A stretch of 64,000 bases of DNA, from IMG/VR virus record IMGVR_UViG_3300028948_000703, positions 52,273 to 116,272 of that record; one strand, 5' to 3'. The notes beneath the pieces are model-generated. The model was not told the origin of the DNA and ran no database searches. It saw only the letters and a list, made by a program, of their open reading frames with translations. Made by a program: the position numbers and the translations under genes. Source of the stretch: a virus. Positions 57,655 through 64,000 of the stretch are shown here, in pieces (the first letter of the stretch is position 1; each line of letters begins with the position of its first letter).

Positions 57655-60549
57655 TTATTCACCTTTAAGAATATTGTCTATCGCAACATCAAATGTTGTT
57701 GGATCTATTAATTTAACATTAGACAGTTTGTCATTATGTAAATTTAACCAATAGTTTCTTGTTTCTACTGATTCAAACATTTTTTTACTTTTGTTACCGG
57801 TAGAAGTTGTGTATATTATCCCGTATGGTGTTTTATTTTTAACTTCAACTAATTTATCAGCTTTTTTATTTTTAGAAATATCGTTCAACATGCGGTTAAT
57901 TCCATCTTGCATCTCTTGCAACATTCTAGATTTGGTGTCATATACTCGTACGGAGATTTCATTGATTTGTTGAATAAGTAATTCGCCAGCAAGTCCGTAT
58001 CCAATATTAAGAGGGTCTGTTACTTTACCTTCTTTTACAGTCTTTGAAAACTCTTCTTTGTGTTTAATTAACTGATGATTTAGCTTATCTAAAACTTTAT
58101 TAGATTGTTCAACAATTTTAGATGAATTCTGGTATGATTCACTCTTTGAACCAAACATGTCCCATGCCTTTGCATAGAGCACGCTCATACCTTTTTTCTT
58201 GCCGTATTGTTTAATAAATCGAGACTTGTTAGATCGAATCCAATGCTCAGCATCTTTACCAGGAGGTGACTTTTCTGTTAAAGTGCTTTCTTTTAAATCT
58301 TTTTCAATAGATTTAATAATTTCGTCTCTTTTTATAATACCTTTTTTAGTTAATTTCGTACCTGTCCAATAGCTTTTGCCCATTTTTTTAACTTGTGCTG
58401 TAGCAACTGCACCGGGTTCTTTTGCTTGTTTTGATTCGGCTACTTCTTTTTTAGCTCTACCAAGAGGTTCGCCTGGCTCTGGCATTTCTTCTCCTGCACT
58501 TGTATCATCAAGCGCTGGCATTTCTTCATCACCAGCAGGTTCAACTTCTGGTTCTGGCGCAGATTCTAAATCTGATTGTTCGCTTGGCACTCCGCCGCGA
58601 TTAACAGTGTCAATAGCCACATCTAGCTTTTCTTTAGTATCGGTTGTTACTGTTAGTAATTTATCAAATATGTCTTTAGCAACAGTGTTAAAACCGGCTG
58701 CGGCTTCTGGACCAAATAAGCTTCTCATGCTATTAACTAATGGCATTAGTTCTTCAACACTTAGCTTAGCAATATCCTGTGCCATTCCTTGTATTTGTGA
58801 ACTCATGTCTTTTGCGTTTAGAATCAATTGAGCCTTTGCTAATTCAATAGCATTAACGTCACCAATTAGTTCAGCATCATCCTGTTTTGCTTCCATCATT
58901 TTCTTTTGAGTTGCACGACGACCTGCATCAAAATGATCATCTAATGCATGCTTTTCAAATTGAACATAATCCATATAATGCTTACAAGAGCTAACACATT
59001 CACTAGCTGTGGTTAGCTTCATTGCAACCCAACCTTCTAATTTATCACCTGGCTGTATCATGTTGAAAAGCTTAATCGAATACTCACTAATTAACATAAG
59101 GTTTTGACGAGTTACACCACCACTAGTTTCTCCTAGTTCCATGTCACCGTCCATATCTTCTGGTAATTTTTCTGGTTCAAAAGTCTTGTAGTAGTCTAGA
59201 TAATGATATATCTTATCAAGGTAATTAGCTGCTTTTGTTAATGCACCGGCAATCCACGGTGTTACTTCACTGTTTGGATCAATTTGATGCAACATGCTCA
59301 TAGCATATTTTGTATTCCTATATAATTCACTACGTGCCATACTGGCTTGATACTCATAATGTTGCGCTTGCTGTGTAATTTGATTTACATCAACAGCTTC
59401 TGTAATGTCAATTGATTCTTTATTATATGATTTGTCAGCTGTTTGTTTTATAGCAGCATTTTTAGTCATACCACCAGCAGTCATTCTTGCAATCATAACG
59501 TCGGCAAAATCTTCGTCCCCGTCGTGATCTTGATCTTGCTCAAATAACCCCTCTGCTTTGAGTTTTCTAATAGCATACATCGCAATATCTTTATCTTCTG
59601 TTGAAAGAACAGTCGGATCATTTGACATAGACATATCAAGTAATTCTTGCCCAACTCTAGAAAAATTATTCATCATAGTTAAGTCTTCATCGGTTTTTGG
59701 TGATGCTTTTTCGCTGTAAGCGATCATAGCGTTAGCAAGTTTTAGAATATTTTCTTTGTTTTTCATAGTATTATCGTCTTCCATTCTAGGATGTTTTTTT
59801 GCATAAGCTTCTGCTGATTTTTTTGCTTCCTTGTCTCGTAGGAATTTATTATAGGCGACTTGTCTAGTAGTTTTAGACTTTTCTTCCTCTGGAGTTTCAT
59901 TCCAAAATTTTTCAAATTCGTTTTTAACTGTCTGTAACCAGTTGCCCGCCATAGATCCTAGTCCTTCACCTACTTGATCTTTTTTAAATTCTGCAATTGC
60001 TTTTTCTAAATAAAATATAAGTTGGTCTGGGCTAAAAACTTTTTCAGAAGTTAACTTCAACGCAGATTGAATAAGATTGTTAACCTTTGAATCTGGTCTA
60101 ACATAAGACGGTGCGAGTTCTTTTATGTCTAATAGTGCTTGACGTAATTTTTCACGGCCGTATATATCATTTCCTAAATCTATATCCCGCACTGTTTTGA
60201 CTGCATTTGCTAATGCATCAATTAAAGTTAATCTTGTCTCTGATAAACTTTCTGTAACTTTTTTTGATCTACGACGTTTCGGTGCTATTTCTTTTAGAAT
60301 TACACGTACAGCTTCTAATATGAGCATAGTCTTAATATATTCTGGATTTTGCTGATACGAATTAAACGCACTTTCTTTAACAATGTTATCTTTTTTAATT
60401 TCGTATTCTTGCTGGCATTCTAGTAATGCACGTTCCCCGTCAACTGTATTAATATCAAAGTTTAAATTAATTCCATGAACATGTCTTAATGTACTTAAAA
60501 TTTGCTGCAACTTAATGTCTGTTGTACTTTCAAACTGATTCAAATACAT
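57655..60549 (-). CDS. large putative prohead core/scaffold-like protein
   Basis: acidic flexible segments, duplicated W(I/V)AxxLTxAxxxxxxxxHY(L/M)DY module, PLGRAKKE; late motif upstream. Confidence 0.65.
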   Translation of the reverse strand: MYLNQFESTTDIKLQQILSTLRHVHGINLNFDINTVDGERALLECQQEYEIKKDNIVKESAFNSYQQNPEYIKTMLILEAVRVILKEIAPKRRRSKKVTESLSETRLTLIDALANAVKTVRDIDLGNDIYGREKLRQALLDIKELAPSYVRPDSKVNNLIQSALKLTSEKVFSPDQLIFYLEKAIAEFKKDQVGEGLGSMAGNWLQTVKNEFEKFWNETPEEEKSKTTRQVAYNKFLRDKEAKKSAEAYAKKHPRMEDDNTMKNKENILKLANAMIAYSEKASPKTDEDLTMMNNFSRVGQELLDMSMSNDPTVLSTEDKDIAMYAIRKLKAEGLFEQDQDHDGDEDFADVMIARMTAGGMTKNAAIKQTADKSYNKESIDITEAVDVNQITQQAQHYEYQASMARSELYRNTKYAMSMLHQIDPNSEVTPWIAGALTKAANYLDKIYHYLDYYKTFEPEKLPEDMDGDMELGETSGGVTRQNLMLISEYSIKLFNMIQPGDKLEGWVAMKLTTASECVSSCKHYMDYVQFEKHALDDHFDAGRRATQKKMMEAKQDDAELIGDVNAIELAKAQLILNAKDMSSQIQGMAQDIAKLSVEELMPLVNSMRSLFGPEAAAGFNTVAKDIFDKLLTVTTDTKEKLDVAIDTVNRGGVPSEQSDLESAPEPEVEPAGDEEMPALDDTSAGEEMPEPGEPLGRAKKEVAESKQAKEPGAVATAQVKKMGKSYWTGTKLTKKGIIKRDEIIKSIEKDLKESTLTEKSPPGKDAEHWIRSNKSRFIKQYGKKKGMSVLYAKAWDMFGSKSESYQNSSKIVEQSNKVLDKLNHQLIKHKEEFSKTVKEGKVTDPLNIGYGLAGELLIQQINEISVRVYDTKSRMLQEMQDGINRMLNDISKNKKADKLVEVKNKTPYGIIYTTSTGNKSKKMFESVETRNYWLNLHNDKLSNVKLIDPTTFDVAIDNILKGE

Positions 60550-60625
60550 GATAACCTATCTCCCGGCCATAAGGCTCGTCTATGTTAATATAGGTTATTT
60601 ATGCTAAACGACGAATGTTTTTAGT

Positions 60626-60946
60626 CTAAACTGAAAAACTTGTTCCACAACCACATTCGCTAGTTGCCTCTGGAATAGAAATATTAAAATATGATCCTAA
60701 AAGAGTGCTAGTATAATCTATAGTTGAATTTTTTAAAAATTCTAAAGAAATTTCATCAATAACAAGGGACCCGGACTCGAAATTAAACTCTGTATCGTTT
60801 GTATTGATATAATTGGTTACGTCCCAATTTTTGGTAAACCCGTTACATCCGCCTGATAGTATAGATAGCCTTACATACTTAGATGGTGTTTTTTGGCAAA
60901 TTTTAATAATTTGTTCTCTGGCAGCCGCAGTAATGTTAACATTCAT
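60626..60946 (-). CDS. second A-type Fe-S carrier (HesB/IscA/ErpA family)
   Basis: GGCNGF and ECGCGTSF. Confidence 0.9.
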   Translation of the reverse strand: MNVNITAAAREQIIKICQKTPSKYVRLSILSGGCNGFTKNWDVTNYINTNDTEFNFESGSLVIDEISLEFLKNSTIDYTSTLLGSYFNISIPEATSECGCGTSFSV

Positions 60947-61574
60947 TGGCTAGATTTTTAATTTGCTGTTTAGCTGTCATTGCACGATCAAGACTAGCTT
61001 GATATCTGCTTTCATATATATCGTGTTTCATTGGATTTGTCGATTTAGAAAGTTTATACTTATACATTAATGCATCGACACGATGACTTGTATAAACATC
61101 GTCTTGTTCAAATAGCTTTCTAATTTCTTTACTATTAACAAACTTACCAGAATTTAATAACCTAACGGCTGCTAGAGCAGTTTCATATAAACTCAAATCA
61201 TCAGCAATAGTTTCATTAGTAATGCTATGATATATTGAATAATATTGTTTTCCTGCTAGTCTTTTTTTATTCTCTTGTATTTTAATTTTATATTTTCCAA
61301 CTTTAACACCGTCGTCTGTGCGACTTGTTTCCAATGCTTCATTGAATAAACGGTCATCACTCTCGACAATTGCTGTCCTCGTTTCAACTGAATTAAGCTT
61401 TGATAGAATCCCAGCCATTGCATTAATATCATTTTGAGTAATTGCTCCAGGTCCTGCTAGTTCAACTGGATTTGACGTTGACTGAGTCATAGGTGCAGAA
61501 GTACTAGGTTTTTTCCCGTCTAAGATGCTTAATAGTCGAGACATTTCATCGCGTTCTTTTGGTGACACTGTCAT
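60936..61574 (-). CDS. hypothetical phage structural-region protein
   Basis: 212-aa ORF, translationally coupled. Confidence 0.7.
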   Translation of the reverse strand: MTVSPKERDEMSRLLSILDGKKPSTSAPMTQSTSNPVELAGPGAITQNDINAMAGILSKLNSVETRTAIVESDDRLFNEALETSRTDDGVKVGKYKIKIQENKKRLAGKQYYSIYHSITNETIADDLSLYETALAAVRLLNSGKFVNSKEIRKLFEQDDVYTSHRVDALMYKYKLSKSTNPMKHDIYESRYQASLDRAMTAKQQIKNLANEC

Positions 61575-61807
61575 TATTCTACTCCAAATAATTCATCATG
61601 ATCATTTATAATGAAACATAGCTTATCTGAAAATTTAATTCTAGTCAAGAAACCTCTGTTAACTAGTTGTCTAGCTATTTCTTGTTCTCGCAAATCAAGT
61701 TTATTTTTTGGCATTGGTTCAACATGCTCGCGAATTTTTTCTAAAATTATGTTTTCTTCATTGCTTATAGGCAATAAAATAGATCCGGTTATTTCGATAA
61801 ATTTCAT
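61574..61807 (-). CDS. hypothetical protein
   Basis: 77-aa coupled ORF (ISNEE...REQEIARQLVNRG). Confidence 0.7.
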   Translation of the reverse strand: MKFIEITGSILLPISNEENIILEKIREHVEPMPKNKLDLREQEIARQLVNRGFLTRIKFSDKLCFIINDHDELFGVE

Positions 61808-62484
61808 GCTTTTAACATTTGTTGTGCGTTTTGAATTAAAAATGCCCCTAGACCTACTGCTGTATCTAATTTAGATGCTAATTCATTTGGAATACTGTCT
61901 TTTGTTTTTAGCTCATTAACTATTGTCCCGAGACCAATCATAATTTGACCTACAGTAGCTAATCTAGCAGCCGCCGGATTATTTTTAAATTGTCCAGTCA
62001 TATTAGCCTGAAACAATTGATTAAACATATTAGTAGCATCTGCTTCTGTTATTGTTTCTTCACCAATAATAGTTGGGTTACTTATACCAGCTAGTTGCAT
62101 CATGCGGTTTATAGGTGATAATTGGGTCATACCGCCCATAACACCTTCTACTAATGTATCTGCCATGACCATTTTTAGTTCGCCTTCATATATAATTCCA
62201 ACAGTGCCATCTGGACCATTTGGAATTTTAATTTCAACTGATTGATTGTTGTATATTGCAGTATCTCCTGTATTCCATGAAGAGTTTAGAACTTCATGGT
62301 CTTCATCGACTATTTCTGCTACTTCATTTACAGTTAATGGGTGTTTAGCGTTTCGACTCCAACGATCGTAGGAACTATTCCATAGTTCTTCTTTACTTGC
62401 ATTTTGCGGAGCCATAATACGGCGAGGTTTCATGTTAGTATCCTCCTGATGAACTTGATTAATATAATCTTGTAAATTTTTCAT
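61804..62484 (-). CDS. putative head-associated protein
   Basis: LVEGVMG..INRMMQLAGI motif. Confidence 0.65.
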   Translation of the reverse strand: MKNLQDYINQVHQEDTNMKPRRIMAPQNASKEELWNSSYDRWSRNAKHPLTVNEVAEIVDEDHEVLNSSWNTGDTAIYNNQSVEIKIPNGPDGTVGIIYEGELKMVMADTLVEGVMGGMTQLSPINRMMQLAGISNPTIIGEETITEADATNMFNQLFQANMTGQFKNNPAAARLATVGQIMIGLGTIVNELKTKDSIPNELASKLDTAVGLGAFLIQNAQQMLKA

Positions 62485-62683
62485 TTTCTTTCCTTGCTAA
62501 TTGGAAAAAGTTCTTTTGATTTTTTGGTTATTTTATCAGATTGAATTACAGGTTTCCATATAGCTTTCATTTTTCCATTACGTCTAACTATTCTTAAAAC
62601 CTTTGGTAAAGCAGGTTCAAACATTTGATCAAGTAACATTCTTAAATCCTTTTATGCTAGATATTTATACAATTACTCAATAA

Positions 62684-62708
62684 GAAAGGCGCAAAATGCG
62701 CCTTTCTA
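62684..62708 (-). terminator. intrinsic terminator
   Basis: AGAAAGGCGCA-AAA-TGCGCCTTTCT. Confidence 0.75.
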
Positions 62709-62732
62709 TTTGTTCTAATTAGAATTTTCTAA

Positions 62733-63341
62733 TTAAAGAACTAGTGAACGTATAGCAAGAGTGTTACGAGTAGCAGCATCGCCGGAACCTGTTACAAACT
62801 TGTTACCAGTTACAGCAGCAGTTGAAGTAGCTGTGCAAGGTACGTTGTTTAGTGCTGTTAGGAACTGATATCCTAGTGTATTGCTTTCTGCAGCAGTGCT
62901 GACATTCCAATACCCAGATTTTTCAGTTGCAAGCTTTACAGTTGTAACATCACGGCTGGTGTTGTATCCGCTACCAAATGCAGTTCCGTTTAGGAAGCCT
63001 GTATATGTTTCGCCTGATGGGTCGCTGATTGTTGCGATTGAAACGCTAACAGCAACTGGATTTACATTCTGTGCAAATATCTGAAGTAGCATGTTGAGAT
63101 TGCTCTGCTTGACTAGAGCATCTGTGTATGAAACTTCTGTTGAATATGTTACAGGTGTACCAGATCCATCAACTACAGTAACGTTCTGCCATGTGGTATA
63201 ACCTTGCTGGGTATATAGATCAGCTACTGGTGTTGTTACATTGGTTTGTGCCATTGGAACAACAGATACGATTGTGAAAAAATCCATATTGCCAGTTAAA
63301 AATTCACCAGCTTGGACTCCACCATTTACTTTATCAGTCAT
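62733..63341 (-). CDS. putative abundant virion structural protein
   Basis: AAGGAG RBS, biased codons, own terminator; MTDKVNGG..GEFL N-terminus. Confidence 0.7.
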   Translation of the reverse strand: MTDKVNGGVQAGEFLTGNMDFFTIVSVVPMAQTNVTTPVADLYTQQGYTTWQNVTVVDGSGTPVTYSTEVSYTDALVKQSNLNMLLQIFAQNVNPVAVSVSIATISDPSGETYTGFLNGTAFGSGYNTSRDVTTVKLATEKSGYWNVSTAAESNTLGYQFLTALNNVPCTATSTAAVTGNKFVTGSGDAATRNTLAIRSLVL

Positions 63342-63407
63342 TTTATGTTCTCCTTAAATAAAGAATGCAAAGTTGTTTTGCATTTTTATTTACCACGTAT
63401 GATCTTT

Positions 63408-64000
63408 TTAGCGCTTCTTAGCTTTTTTCTTTGGTTTTTTTGATTTTGGCATGCTGTATGGTGCAAAAAAACTTTGTCCAGGAGGCATACGCTTGATCAT
63501 AGGCATCATGGGTCCTCCCGGGTTAGCAACACTGGCAACACTACCTGCCGATGTTGCACCTCCCGATGCTGTTTCTTTAATATTTTGCGCTTTCACAATT
63601 CGAATTTGCCATAAGATTTTTTTTGTAAGTTCTTCTTTACTCATACCTGCATCGATTTTTTCAATCATTTGTCGCTGAAAACCTTTCATGATGTTTTGCA
63701 TAGCAGGGGTTTGATATGGAATTGATACGAGGTCATTAACCATCTTTTTAAGATTAGATGTGTTATCCTTAGCTATTTCAGGTGCAGTTGCATCTTTCCT
63801 TAATTTTTTAGAGGTAACATCAACTGGAGTTGACATTTTTTTTGCAAGTGTTGGGTCAATTCCTGATTTAACTAAAATGCTTTCAATTGCATCTGGTTGA
63901 AAATTTAATTCTTTAAGTACAGATGACACCATTGCAATCGATGGTGCTTTTTTCTTTTTAGAGGCTTCATTTTTAATTTTTTGTTGAATAATTGTATTGA
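63408..64000 (-). CDS. putative head-associated protein (5' end probably outside the window)
   Basis: IKETASGGATSAGSVASV motif and Lys-rich tail; frame appears open to the window edge. Confidence 0.6.
   Translation of the reverse strand, partial: NTIIQQKIKNEASKKKKAPSIAMVSSVLKELNFQPDAIESILVKSGIDPTLAKKMSTPVDVTSKKLRKDATAPEIAKDNTSNLKKMVNDLVSIPYQTPAMQNIMKGFQRQMIEKIDAGMSKEELTKKILWQIRIVKAQNIKETASGGATSAGSVASVANPGGPMMPMIKRMPPGQSFFAPYSMPKSKKPKKKAKKR

Noticed and set aside
55563-58831. Long + strand ORFs opposite structural genes
   Set aside because: Antisense open frames caused by codon bias of the minus-strand genes.
1-64000. TAG/TGA stop-codon reassignment
   Set aside because: Conserved genes (ald, HesB, phosphoesterase) end at TAG or TGA at expected lengths, and long genes are uninterrupted under code 11.

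Overview
A 64-kb segment of a large tailed dsDNA (jumbo-type) bacteriophage using the standard genetic code, probably infecting an alphaproteobacterium. Evidence for that host: a circularly permuted tmRNA with an xNDN...LAA tag, a bacterial-type OmpA, YccA, IscA and many apparently leaderless genes. Bases ~1-6700 are visibly more GC-rich and hold small + strand early genes, a shared extended promoter and several phased repeat arrays. The rest is AT-rich and mostly minus strand. It carries head/tail structural genes, type II topoisomerase, ribonucleotide reductase (nrdA split by a GIY-YIG endonuclease gene), intein-containing ClpX, ClpS, Hsp20, IF3, S21, TilS, Smr, an RNA-repair pair, polyamine genes, alanine dehydrogenase and glycosyltransferases. 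The window is unusually rich in RNA-level features: a GOLLD-like RNA with an embedded tRNA-like element; a complete two-piece tmRNA; a second tmRNA tRNA-like domain whose tag region is replaced by a nuclease ORF; a tRNA-like gene with a ~90-nt structured anticodon-loop insert; four further stem-closed orphan RNA candidates; and a probable CCC-UAG +1 frameshift needed to make the full-length M15 peptidoglycan peptidase. All calls come from manual reading of the sequence; no database search or folding program was run.
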